Source: Prorocentrum cordatum (Eukaryota). From it: 64,000 bases of DNA. The stretch is taken from contig CAUYUJ010000088.1 in NCBI GenBank assembly GCA_963575745.1, positions 1 through 64,000 on the forward strand. Direction: 5' to 3'. The notes beneath the pieces are model-generated. The model did no database searches. It was not told where the DNA came from and saw only the letters and a list, made by a program, of their open reading frames with translations. A program made the position numbers and the translations under genes. Shown here one piece after another: positions 50,940 through 64,000 of the stretch (position 1 is its first letter; each line of letters starts with the position of its first letter).

Positions 50940-52059
50940 CTCCCCGTCTTCGCGTGGCCATCCTGGCTCGCGCTGTCGTTTCGCCGCGCTGCGCAATGAA
51001 ATGCGTTCGTGGCGCGCGCGTGCGCGTTGTCAACGCACTGTGCGTATCATTTAGTTTCAATGGATCCAACTGATACTTGAAAGCCGATCGGATATAACAT
51101 GGCACATGTTAAAATGATCTGGTCAAACGTGTCATGATGATCAAAATGACCCGGATCGATGATAGTGGTCCAAAGATCCTTTGGGCAGCCCCGAGAGAAG
51201 CGGCGTCTGACAGCGTGCCCGCGCCCGGTGTGACCCGCAGCGCTCCCGCGCCGGACGATGGCCTCGCGGCGGCAGGTGCGGGCGCGCCAGCGAGCGTGGA
51301 CAGGCGCAGGCCTGAAGGCGAACGCCAGCGAGAGGGGCTCGCCCCCACGCGTCACCACGCAGCGCCCCCCTCGCCCAGCTGCCAGAGGCGACCCGGCCCC
51401 TGCCTGGCGGCCAACCGCGCCGCCCGCTCCGGCCCGCATGGCCTCGCCAGGCGCCCCGGCCCCAGTAGCCGCCGTGCCTCGTGAAGCCACGGGCGACTCT
51501 GTCCGCGGTCGCCGGGATGAGTCTGGCGATCATGGGGGCCGGGCGGCATCGCGCGTTTCGTCTGCCCGCGCCGCTCGCCGTGAGCGGCCGGCCTCGCGGC
51601 AGACGATCGTCTGCAGCAGTGTTGCAACCTTGGAGCGGATCGACGCATTAATTTTGGCGACGACCGAGGGTGGATCCTGGATGTCTGCCGTTGGCGGTCG
51701 TTTCAAAGTGGGCAAATCTGCCCTTGCCGATCACTATGATATCAGCGACGCGTCGGTCTACGACGCCTGGGCGTCGGCGCCCGAGCCGCTGGGGCACGGC
51801 GGCCTGCACGTGCTCCTCCCCGACGACGACGCCGGCCAGGCGGAGCACGTGTGCCTGTTGCACGGCGAAATGTCTGCGTTTCTCTGCTGCATCGGCGGCG
51901 CGACCGCCAGGACAGAGCTGCTCTGGCGACGTGCAGGGGCGCCGCCGCTGCACGGATCGCCCAGCGAGGGCTAGCTGCACAGCGCCCGGCATGGATAGTG
52001 CGGCCAGCGATCAGAGAGGCCGTTTGACTAAGCCGCGATCCCACAACTCTGACGGCAGA

Positions 52060-53580
52060 AGGAGGCACCCTTGCTCCCGGACGCCCTTCCGGGCACCCTT
52101 GGCGGCCAGCAGGCCTCGCAAGAAGACGCAGGGCCCGTCGGGCCAGAAGGGAGAGGGACGGTTGCAACGACGCAGTGCGTTCAGACGGCCATCAGCCGCG
52201 ACCCTGGCATGCATCTGGGGCAACCACCAGAATCGACGGCCATCAGCCGTAACCCTGGCGACGAGGGATCCTCGAAATCTGACAGTCAGAAGGAGGCACC
52301 CTTGGTCCCTGACGCCCTTCCGGGCACCCCTGGCGGCCAGCAGACCTTGCAGAAGGCACAGGGCCCGTCAGGCCAGAAGGGAACGGAACGGTTGGAACGT
52401 TGCAGTGCGTTCAGACGGCCAGCAGCCGTGGCCCTGGCACCCACCTGGGGCAACCAGGGTCGACGGGGGCCCCCCCGGGAGCCAAGCGTTCCGTGCTGTG
52501 ACATCTACGACAAAACGGCCATCAGCCGCCCCTGGCTCTTCCGTCCTGACAAATCGCCCATGTGCTGTCCCTGGCCTGGACATCCCCGGCAGTGCGGCGT
52601 CAGCCGCACTTGGTTTCCTCCTCGCTCTCTCCCGCTCTTCCTTTCCCTTCACCAGCGTTTCCCACGTCGCCACGGCTGGGCGCGACCGAGCCCGTTGCAG
52701 GCGCTCCTCTGCCGCAGCACCTCGGGCAGCACCCGCGAGAGGGAAGGGCAAGCGCACTGGCAGACGGCACTGGCGCTGCTGAGCGAGATCCAGGTCGCGA
52801 AGCTGGAGACCCCAGGCGGCCGTCAGCCGCGCCCCTGGTGGACCGAGGCCTTCAAAGCCCAGGCGGCCGTCAGCCGTCGCCCTGCCACTCCCCCCGCGCG
52901 CGGAGTTGATGAGGCCCATGGCCACCCTGGCAATCACTTTGATAGAGGAACACAGGCGGCCGTCAGCCGCGCCCCTGGCACTCCCCTCTCGAGCGGATCC
53001 AGAGGCAGACAGCCACCCTGGCGACCACCCCCTCAGAAGGACGCCGGCAGCCACCTGCCGGGGCAGGAGCGGCCCCCCGAGGAAAGAGCGAGGGTGCTGC
53101 CGGGCAGGCTAACTCTGATCCGGGCAGCACGCTAACGTCTGGAATTGCCCCACGCTTCGCGCGCCCCCACGCCTGGCGCCCTTTCGGGCACCCCTGGCGG
53201 CCAGCAGACTTCGCAAGAAGACGCGGGGCCCGTCAGGCCAGAAGGGAGCGGAGCGGTTGCATCGATGCAGAACGGTCAGACGGCCATCGGCCGTGACCCT
53301 GGCATCCTTCTGGGGCTACCAGAATCGACGGCCATCTGCCGTAACCCTGGCGGCGAGGGATCCGCGAGGGCTCAGGGCGCTCTGCCCTCCTCGCGGCTCC
53401 GGCAGTCCGAACTGGGCCCCCTTGGAGACGCCGGGCCCGTCTGGCCAGGAGGGAACTAAACTGCGCAGTGCGTTCAGGCGGCAGCGCGTTGGGTGGAGGC
53501 GGGGGCGGCCGCGGCAGCCCTCGGCATCTGGCAATGGGAAACGAACTCGTGCAGACGGCCATCTGCCGTATCCCTGGCTC
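52060..53580. repeat. ~230-bp diverged direct repeats (copies near 52080, 52311, 53175) with GCCRTCAGCCG sub-motif
   Basis: cgggcaccc(t/c)tggcggccagcag...gggcccgtc(g/a)ggccagaagg occurs three times. Confidence 0.8.
52712..52815 (+). pseudogene. Single PPR-motif-like exon remnant
   Basis: REREGQAHWQTALALLSEIQVAKLE resembles the dinoflagellate PPR unit CEKxxQWQxALALLSEMxxAKLEP (from recall of the family). Confidence 0.45.
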
Positions 53581-53804
53581 TCCCACGCGACGGCTTCGAC
53601 CCGCCTCGCGTGCCTGGTGGCCTCATGTTCCCCCGCCTGCCCATCCTGAAACGGTGCCCCGATCGATCTGCGCGCTCCGGCGACTGCGGTTCTCGTGGCA
53701 GCCGTCCGCTGCGCCCTGGTTCTCCAAATCTTTGCGCAGCCGTCAGCTGCTCCCTGGCTACATGGAGGAATGTTACAAGAACATCTGGCCGCCCGCCGGA
53801 TGCG

Positions 53805-54450
53805 CAGCATTCTCAGGCAGTGTCACGAGAAGGTGGCGTGGGCGATGCGGACGGTCATCAAGACACCCAGGGTAGTATTTCTCACTGTCGAGTAATTCCA
53901 GCCTCGAGGGCTTCCAGCAGCACGTGCATGCAACGGACAAGCCCTCGGGCGCTTGCCCCGAGCCATGTGCAGCGGCGCAGGCCAAGGACCGACCGTTAGA
54001 GCAGTTGCCAGCGTGACAGAGGAGTGCTGCACCAGTGGCGAGGGCGGAGTGCTACGAGAAGGCGGAGTGGGTGATGCGGACGGGCATCCGAAAACATCCG
54101 GAGTGATCCCTCTGACGAGTAACTCCAGCTTCGATGACTTCCAGCAGCACTTGCACGGCGTGGGCAGGTCTCCGATGTTTGTCCTGAGCCACGTGCGTCG
54201 GCGCAGCCCGAGGAGCGTCCGATAGTGCAGCTAACCGCAGTGCCAGAGGAGCGCCGCACCAGCGTCGAGGGCGACGAGTGCTACGAGAAGGTGGAGTGGG
54301 CGATGCGGGTGGGCATCCACAGCGCCTGGAGTGGCATCTCCCTCAGCCGTGTAACTCCAGCTTCCAGCTTCGAGGACTTCCAGCACCACTTGCACGGCAT
54401 GGGCTGGTTTCCGACGTTGGCCCCAAGCCAGGTGCAGCGGCGCAGTCCGA
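53805..54450 (+). pseudogene. Three decayed copies of a ~75-aa Cys-framed repeat domain
   Basis: C(H/Y)EK(V/A)xW(A/V)MRxxI...SS(F/L)xxFQxH(L/V)H...CPEP at ~225-bp period, with frameshifts and stops. Confidence 0.6.
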
Positions 54451-56229
54451 GGAGCGGATCCGGGCAAGTTTTGGGGGCCCGATGCTTACAGGAGCAAGTT
54501 GGTCGTAATTGCCCGTGTGGTGCATTAAGTTCGTTGGCAGCAGCGTAACAGGTGCACCAGTGCGCAGCAGCACCGATGGCACCTTTCGTAGACGCCTGTG
54601 GCGAACCACCGCCGCCCCCCGCCTGTTTGATTCGCCCGTTCGGCTGTCGTTGTGCCTGCGGTCGGCCCTGCTCTGGGTACGTGGCGCTTCGCGTTTTCTT
54701 GGCAATCCCTTCGGCGAGCAAGGCGCGCCCCCGTCCCCTCCCTTGGCAGCCGTCAGCTGCCCCCTGGCCCTTGTTAAAATATTCCTGGCAGCCGTCTGCT
54801 GCGCCCCTGGTAACATGGGCAAGAGCAGTCAAGAGCCACTAGCTTTCTGGCCAGCCCGCGTGGCGCCCCATCTGGACGGTTCCCTGGCCACTCCCAGTCA
54901 GTGCACGCCGTGAGGGCTAGGTGGGCACACTTCAGTCAGGATGGATGCTGGGGGGGGGTGCCAGCTGCGGCCACAGCACTGCGACGGGAAGTGGCAACTC
55001 CCGAGGCCAGCGCCATCAGAGGCGGTGCCGGTGCTGAGCCAAACTTCCATCGCGGGGACCCGCAGGGCGTAGCAGTGCGAACGCCCGAGGAGAACGCGGC
55101 CCTGATTCGTCTGGTGTTCTGAGAATCTGTTCGCGGTCCAGGCCGCCTGCTTCGGGCCTGAGAGTTCCCATGACGTCCCACCCGCGTTGTACTGGACGTG
55201 GACTTCCATGCGAATCCGCGCGGCCGTCAGCCGCCCCCTGGCCCCCGCCTCCCCCCCCCCCCTTCCCGCGGACGGGATGGCACCGGCTTTTGGTCCGTGG
55301 CGCAAGGACGAGACTGCCCTCGGCCACGCGTTCACGCGGGCTCGCTCCCGCTCGCCGGGCCACCGGCCGCCCTCTGGCACCGGGGGCCCCCGGCTGGCGA
55401 TGTCAGTACCCACCGCCCCCGCCGCGCGAGGGCCCCACATGGGTAGGGCGGCTAGCTACATGACCCCGCGGCCCCGCATCGTCATTTGGGTGGCCGCCTC
55501 CTGGCGCCGACGTCCCCTGGTGTCTACCTCTCCTGCTACGCTGGCGATGTCCAGGGAGTCCATTCCCCCCAGTCTGACATGATGTCCGCACAATACGCGG
55601 TTCTCAACGGCGTTCGCGTCGTGACCCTGGGCCAGGCCCTCCGGTGCAGTCGCCTTCCGGGCCGGGTCCATCCTAGCGCTGTTGCTCGGGACTGGCGTCT
55701 TCCACAGGGTATTCGCGATGCGTCGCGGAGTGGCCCAGCCTTCCAGCAGGCGCCGTGCTTCCCCCTCGACCCGTCCCAGCCTACCAGGCAGGTCTATGCC
55801 GCCGCCGCGGCCCTGGCCCTTGGCGCCCTCTGGCGACATGGTCAGTTTATACTTGGCCTTCTCAGCTACAGTGTTTGTGCGGATCGTGCTTGCAGAGGGT
55901 TCTCAGTACGCGGCATGGCACCTGCATCGCGGTGGACTGGCGCTTCGGCTTTCAGTTCGCAATTCTCTTGCATGTTGCCACAGGCTTGCTCGATGCATCA
56001 GCTTCCCTGGGCGTTGCAGACCAGTCAGTCAGCCCCACCTGCCGCTGCTGCTCCTTAATTGCCGCTTCTGAGTGCTGGCCCAGCCGGCTCGCGTTGCGCC
56101 TAGTAGCTAATTAGGCTGGCCCGTGCCCCGAACCCCCTTTCGCCGCCTGTCCTCTGCTGCGCGGTCGCAACCAAAAAAATATCCCCACCAGCCCATCCAG
56201 GAACGACGCCCATGCGAGTAGAGGGCCGT

Positions 56230-56730
56230 CCTGAGGGGCTTTTCGGCGTCTTGGGTGCCTCGGGTGGGGCCTCTTCTGGCCGCTTGGGATCCTCTTGGGG
56301 GCCTCCTGGGGGCCTCTTGGGGCCTCTCGGGGCCATCTTGGGACCTCTTGGGGCATCCTGGGCGCTTCTTGGGGCCATCTTGGAGGACATCGATCAAAGA
56401 AGAGGGGAGCTTCAATTAGGGTTGCCCCCTCAGGAGGCCAAAATGGGGCCAAAACCACGGGAAATAAACAATGATTCTGGCTTCAAAGAAGAGGGGAGCT
56501 TCAATTAGGGCTGCCCCCTCAGGAGGCCAAAAATTGGGCCACAAGATTAGTAAAATCAATGATTTGGGCTTCAAATGAGAGCGGCGCACAAGTAACCTTG
56601 CCCCCCCAGGAGGCCAAAATGGGGCCAATACCAAAGTAACATCAATGATGTTGGTTTCCTCGCCGAGGCTATTTTGGACGCCCTGACCGCTCGCGGCCCC
56701 CCCCGTCCAGGTCCAGGGGGAGGGGGTAGG
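56230..56730. repeat. TCTTGG-family interspersed element segment
   Basis: Shares ggccatcttggaggacatcgatcaaa and tgaccgctcgcg.cccccc.gtccaggtccaggggaggggg with 58520-59290. Confidence 0.75.
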
Positions 56731-58519
56731 GCAAGCTAGGCGCGCTCGCGTCATATCTGACGTCCTACCCTTCCCTCCCATCCCTTACCATGGCGCTGAT
56801 TTTTTTTATCCGCGGACGCGTGTCGTAGCGGACCTGTGTGGCGTTGTTTTATATATTTCTTTTTTTTTGTGATTTATACCTTTTTGTTGTTATTTTTATT
56901 TCTTTCTTTTGGTCGCGCGCGCGTGCGACGTGGGTGGTGGTTGCGCGTGCGTTGAGTTTGCGTGGTGGTGCTGCGTGGTTGTTGGTGGTGGTGGTTGGTG
57001 ACTGGTGCTGGTGCTGGATGCTGGTGTGGTGCTGGTGGTGGTGCTGGTGTGGGCTGGTGCTGGTGCTGGTGGTGGTTGTGGTGGTGGTAGTGGTGGTTTA
57101 GGTGGTCTGGTGGACTTGGTGGTAGGTGGTGGTTGGTGCGGCGCGGTGGTGGCGGGCAGGTGGTGGCGGGCAGATGGGCGCGCGAGATAGAGGCCCGCGC
57201 TGGGGCGAGAACGCCATCCTGAACGACGGAGGCCAAACACCGATCCGAAAATGAGGCCCACGCTGCAGCGGGAGCACGATTCGGAACGATTCGGGAGTAG
57301 AAATAAGGCCGGCGCCTCAGCGAGAGCAGCATTTTGAAAAAACAACGCAAGCGAAAACCCGTTTCCCGGGAATCCTGTGTGTAAAAAACAGTACGCGGGG
57401 GGGTGTCGGATATCTTCGGGACGCCATCAGGGGAAGTGGGAGAGTATTTTCATATTGTGTAATTGTGGAGGGGTAAACCCTCCCCGAAGGGGAAGAGGGA
57501 GGGGTGGAAGAGGAAACGCTCTAAAGCACCGACGCCCAGAGGGCTGGTGGGATTGAGGTGAGGGAATGGGATGAGAGAGGGCGGATAAGGATGATGAGGC
57601 TGAAAAGAAGGGAAGGATGAGGAGAGTGATGATGATGAGGAAGAGCAGGAAAAGGGGCGAACATAAGAGCCATATGCCTCTTGAGTGACTCTCGGAATCT
57701 CCTCTGGCTCTTCTTGGAAGTGAACGGATGAGGATGAGGTTCATGGGGAGAGGAAGGAGGGGAGGGAGGAGGGAGGAGGACGAGGAATATGCAGATAAGG
57801 GAGAGGATGATGATGAGGAGGAGGAGGAGAAGGAGGAGGAAGAGGAGGCCATCCAGGAACGATGCCCGGGCGAATTGCCCCGATCAAGAAAATGAAGAGA
57901 GGAGGAAACTCAGAGCGAGGAGGGGGAAGGATGATGAGAACGTGGAGAAGGACGAGACAGAGGATTTGGGGGATGGAGAAAAGGACAGGAGGGGGAGAAA
58001 GAACAGGCGGATGAGGATGAGGAGGGGAAGGCTGAGCATGAGAAGGAGCATGATGATTAAGTTGATGAGGATGATGATGACGATGGTGATGAGGATGAGG
58101 AGGAGGAACGTGGCGAGCAGAAGAGCCAGAAACCTCTTGAATGCGATGCCTCTCGGGAAGAGCCAGAAGCCTCTTGAATGCGATGCCTCTCCGTGTCCCT
58201 TCGGATGTCTCTTGGCCGGCTAAGAGCCGTCTTTGCGCGTTTCGCGTTCATCGGAGATCTAGACGGTTCCCGTTTGCCCACTAGCCCATACGATACCCAG
58301 GCGAGTTGGGGTGATTAAGGAAGTGCGGGAGCAAAGAGGTGGACAGCCGATCCGTGCGAGAGAGGAGGAAGAGAAGGAGGAAATTAGATGGATGGATGAG
58401 GAAGTGGCGAGAAGGAAGATGCATAGGCTGAATAGGATGAGGAGGAGGAGGAGGAAGAATAATATGAGTAGGATGAGCAAGGGGGAGCAGGAAGAGGACG
58501 GCGAACAAAAGAGCCAGAA

Positions 58520-59290
58520 ACCTCTTGGATCCCTCTCGGTGCCTCTTGGGATATCTCTTGGGCGCTTCTTGGAGGCCTCGTGGGACGTCTTGGGGGTCTC
58601 CTGGCGTTCCTGGGGAGCTCTTAGGCATCTCGGGCGCCTCGGGGAAACCTCTTGGGGCCGCTTGGGGCCCTCTTGGGGGCCTCTTGGAGGCATCTTGGGT
58701 GCCTCTTGAGGCCATCATGGGGCCATGTTGGAGCCATTTTGGGGTCTCTTGGCGCCTCCTGGGCGCCTTTTTTGGCCATCTTGGAGGACATCGATCAAAA
58801 AGGAGGATAGCTTCAATTACGACCCCCCCTCGGAAGTTCCAACAATCGCCTCTTGGGTTCATCTTGGAGCGCTCTTGGAGCGCTCTTGGAGCGCTCTTGG
58901 GCGCTCTTGGGGCCGTCTTGGGGCTCTCTTGGGCCCCTCTTGGGGCTCTCTGGAGCCATTTTGGAGCCATCTTGGGCCTCGGATGGCCATCGGAAGCGAA
59001 ACAGCGAGAAAGCAAAAACCATTGGTTTTCCTTAGGTACTTGAAGGATGTTTGCCTCTTGGAGGCCTCCTTGGAAAGCTGTTTGGCCTCTTGGAGCCGTC
59101 TTGGGGCGGGCTTGGGGCATCTTGGAGCATCTCCGGAGCCATCTTGAGGCATCTTCGGCTATCTTGAGCCACCTTGGAGCTCATCTTGGGCTCTCCGAGG
59201 CGCTCTTGGAGCCGTCTTGGGCAATCTTGGACGCTCTGACCGCTCGCGCCCCCCCCCGTCCAGGTCCAGGGGAGGGGGTAGGGGGAGGGG
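58520..59290. repeat. TCTTGG-family interspersed element segment
   Basis: 11-bp ctcttggagcg units plus the shared blocks noted at 56230. Confidence 0.8.
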
Positions 59291-59580
59291 TCAAGCTAGC
59301 CAGCTCGACCGAGTCAAGCAGTGCATGCCCATTCCCGCCCGCCCTCCCACAACATAAGAAACAGTGATGGCACAACTGGGGGCTGCGCGGGCATTTCAGT
59401 GCGAGTGGAGGATACCCCAGGACACCGCATTGACGTCCGCGCGGGATGTGCGCCGCGTCCCATCCCCGCCACGCATTTCGCATCGTCGACGACGTGACTG
59501 GCCATGTTGGAAGGAACAACGGACACGTTCCGCCCTCCCACAACATAAGAAACAATGCTGGCGCAACTGGGTGCTGGCGC

Positions 59581-61200
<1,620 letters not shown>

Positions 61201-61369
61201 ACAAAACAACGCCACCGTGCCTCGGGCACGGAGTGGGCGTGTCCTCAGGTCGTGTGCCTCATCCCTCACTCCTGAGGAGTCTTTATGGGACCAGGACCCC
61301 TCGCTTTCAAATCTCCCGGGGCTTGCCGCGTGACCCCTGGGCCCTGGCGAGTCTCCCCGCGTGACCTTT

Positions 61370-61560
61370 TCGGACCCAAGAGAGCCGCAAAACAGGCCAA
61401 AAGAAGGGCCCCAATCAGCCCCCAAGACTGCCCAAGAGGGTCTCAAGTCGCCCAAAAATCGACCCAAGACGCCCAAAATCGCCCCAAGACGGCCCAAGAA
61501 GCTTCCGAGACGGCCCAAGTAGCTTCAAACAGGACTCCCAGGAAGGGCCCAAGAGGCCAA
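61370..61560. repeat. CCAAGA (reverse TCTTGG) family block
   Basis: cccaaga units at ~11/22-bp spacing. Confidence 0.7.
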
Positions 61561-61859
61561 AATCGTCCAATTCCTAAGGGGAAGCGAACATTTCTATCAT
61601 ATGCGACTTGTCGGCCTTCAGACGGCCGTAGCGCCAAGAAACCGCGGGGAGCCTCAGGAGGCCCTCGAAGAGCCTGAACAAGCAAAAACCTCCCAGGCAT
61701 TCGTCACCCCAGGGCCTCCTGGAACGCACCGGCGCCCAATGAATTGGCGAGCTAAGAACGTGCGCCGAGCCAAGGCGGGAGCGCAACTTTGAGAAAATTT
61801 CGCTCGGCGCCCAAACGGGAAGGTCATTTCATTCACATCGAGCGGGGGGGGAGGGGGGT

Positions 61860-62560
61860 GTGCCGCGCCCAATTCTTGCCATGCACTTTTGCGGGGTGGA
61901 CGACAAGTACAGCTATGTGGGCAGGGAAAATCAGCATGGCATTGTTTCTGACAAGTGAGGTGGCCCCCCCCGCCTTGGGGTTGCCCCAGAAGTCCGCGCG
62001 CGATGTGCGCCGCGCCCCATTCCTGCCACGCATTTCGCATCGTCGACGACAAGACAGGCCATGATGAAAGGAAAAACGGCAACTCTGTATTGTTGTTTAC
62101 AGTCAGGATGGGAGGGCCCGCGGCCCGCATGGACGTCCGCGCGCGATGTGCGCCGCGTCCCATTCCTGCCACATATTTCGCACCGTCGGCGACAAGGCAG
62201 GCAACGGTGAGAGGAAAAAACTGAGATTTTTGATTGATTTTGTACAGTCAGGATGGGCGGGCCCGGATTGACGGCCGCGCGCGATGTGCGCCGCGTCCCA
62301 TATGTGCGCCGCGTCCCATTGCTGCCACATATTTCGCACCGTCGGCGACAAGGCAGGCCATGCTGAGAGGACAAAACGAAGACTTTGTATTTATTTTTAA
62401 CAGTCAGGATGGGCGGGCCCAAATTGACTGCCGCGCGCGATGCGCGCCGCGTCCCATTCCTGCCACGTTTTTCGCATCGTCGACGACAAAAAAAAACGAT
62501 GTTGAACAGAAAAACGGCACTTTGTATTGATTTTTTGCAGTCCGGATGGGAGGTCCCGGA
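61860..62560. repeat. ~140-bp diverged tandem repeat (GCGCGCGATGTGCGCCGCGTCCCATTCCTGCCAC...CAGTCAGGATGGG)
   Basis: Four to five copies; related copies at 59325-59580. Confidence 0.85.
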
Positions 62561-63704
62561 TCGGGTTCCTATCGGCCGGAATACGACGTAGGTGGGGGTA
62601 TATAATAATAATTACCCTGCGACGTACCCAACCCACGTGCATCAAATGGCAAGAGGAGTATGCCAACATTAGCAGGAACGACGACAGTGTAGACGCGGCG
62701 ATTTGCTGTGCAAGCTACATGGGATGCGCATGCGCTGCACGATTCACAGGACGACGATCGAAAGAACGAGGCTTGAGGCCCCAGGATCGAAGAAGAACGG
62801 GCACGGGAACGAGGGGCAGGAGAGGGATGGAATGGAGGGCGGGGGGGGCGAAAGGCCATCGCGGAAGCAGCAGCATGCATGGAGAAGGTGAGGCGGGGAA
62901 TAGGACGACGATGAAAGTGGCGGGAGGAGACAGAAGACTGCCGCGTTTTTCAAGTGCGAGCTAAACCCGCAGCGCTGCCTGCGCCATGTCGTCGCAGAGT
63001 TCCACATGATAAAACTTGTTTAGAGTGCAAGGAACGAGCGAGGCGTAGCTCGCCCGCTAGCTTCTCCGCCTCCTTCCCGCGCATTTCAGCGCGGGAGCTG
63101 AACGCTCGCAGGCGCGCCGCCAGGTTTGCGGGCGGCCCGCGGGAAAGAAACTCAAGGCCGGGGTCGCGTATCATCAATCGGTTGTCCATCGTCCAAAGTT
63201 GCACTGGCGACGTACTGGTTGAACGCGGAGCGAGCAGCATCACGCGCGTGCCTGAACGCCACGCAGGTACAGTGCACGCGCGATTGGGACTTCAGGTCGA
63301 TCACGCGCGTCTCCACCAGGCTTGGCAACACCACGCGACTGAGGATCTCACTGCGGTCTGCCATGCTGCTGTCCGCGAATGCAATGCGCTGCCTGCAAGT
63401 AAGGCGGCGGCGTCCACTTGTCTCAGAAGATGTTCCCGCGGGCCCGAAGGGCGACCGCCAGCTCGAGCCGCGGCGCCGGCAGGCCAGATAAGGATCATGC
63501 AACAGCAAAGACGATGACAGAGCAACGAGGTATCGGCGAGTGCATGACCGGCCTCCGTTTCCTGCACTTCTTTCCTGTAGTTCCCCTAGCTCATCGAGCT
63601 CAGCAGATGTTTCTGCGGGTCCGAAGGACGACCGCCAGCTCGAGTCGCGGCGCCACGCGGCACGAACCGTGGGGCAAGGGCACGCGAGCATTGCTCGTGG
63701 TCAG

Positions 63705-64000
63705 AATCTGAGTCCCCGTGGTGCCTCACTCCGCTGGCCACCCACCAGCAGCCCTCGAAAGTGGCGACAGTTTCACAGATCGCAACCGCCCAGGGGTGGC
63801 GAGGTCGAATCTGAGTCCCCGTGGTGCCTCACTCCGCTGGACCCACCAGCAGCCTCGAAAGTGGCGACAGCTTCGCACAGGGATGGCGAGGTCTAATCTG
63901 AGTCCCCGTGGTGCCTCACTCCGCTGGACCCACCAGCAACCCTCGAAAGTGGCGACAGTTTCACAGATCGCAGCCCCCCAGAGACGGCGAGGTCTAATCT
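63705..64000. repeat. ~88-102-bp tandem repeat running off the window end
   Basis: aatctgagtccccgtggtgcctcactccgctgg...ctcgaaagtggcgacag occurs three times and a fourth begins. Confidence 0.9.

Overview
GC-rich, microsatellite-dense eukaryotic DNA. It is most consistent with a dinoflagellate (Prorocentrum-like) genome; this is inferred from the GC3-rich intron-broken ORFs, the (CTA)n/(TC)n tracts and the dinoflagellate-type protein motifs. The dominant feature is an unusually large (~16.2 kb, 13964-30152, +) non-LTR retrotransposon flanked on both sides by (TC)n. It has: a 5' pseudoknot with HDV-ribozyme-like topology starting exactly at the element boundary; ORF1; a large frameshifted accessory ORF2 (hydrophobic segments, ADP-ribosyltransferase/Tpt1-like motif, Cys cluster); a frameshifted APE-RT-Zn knuckle-RNase H ORF; and a structured 3' UTR. 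Ten copies of one RNA-like hairpin (variable stem - G - bulged C - GGC-UYCA-GCC - C - complementary stem) are spread along its sense strand with covarying lower stems. A 5'-truncated second copy (42845-44036, -) also sits inside (TC)n. Also present: a decayed CACTA/Plavaka-like transposase next to a decayed cytosine-methyltransferase-like gene, several gene/pseudogene fragments, and many short-period tandem repeats. No rRNA, tRNA or CRISPR array was recognised.
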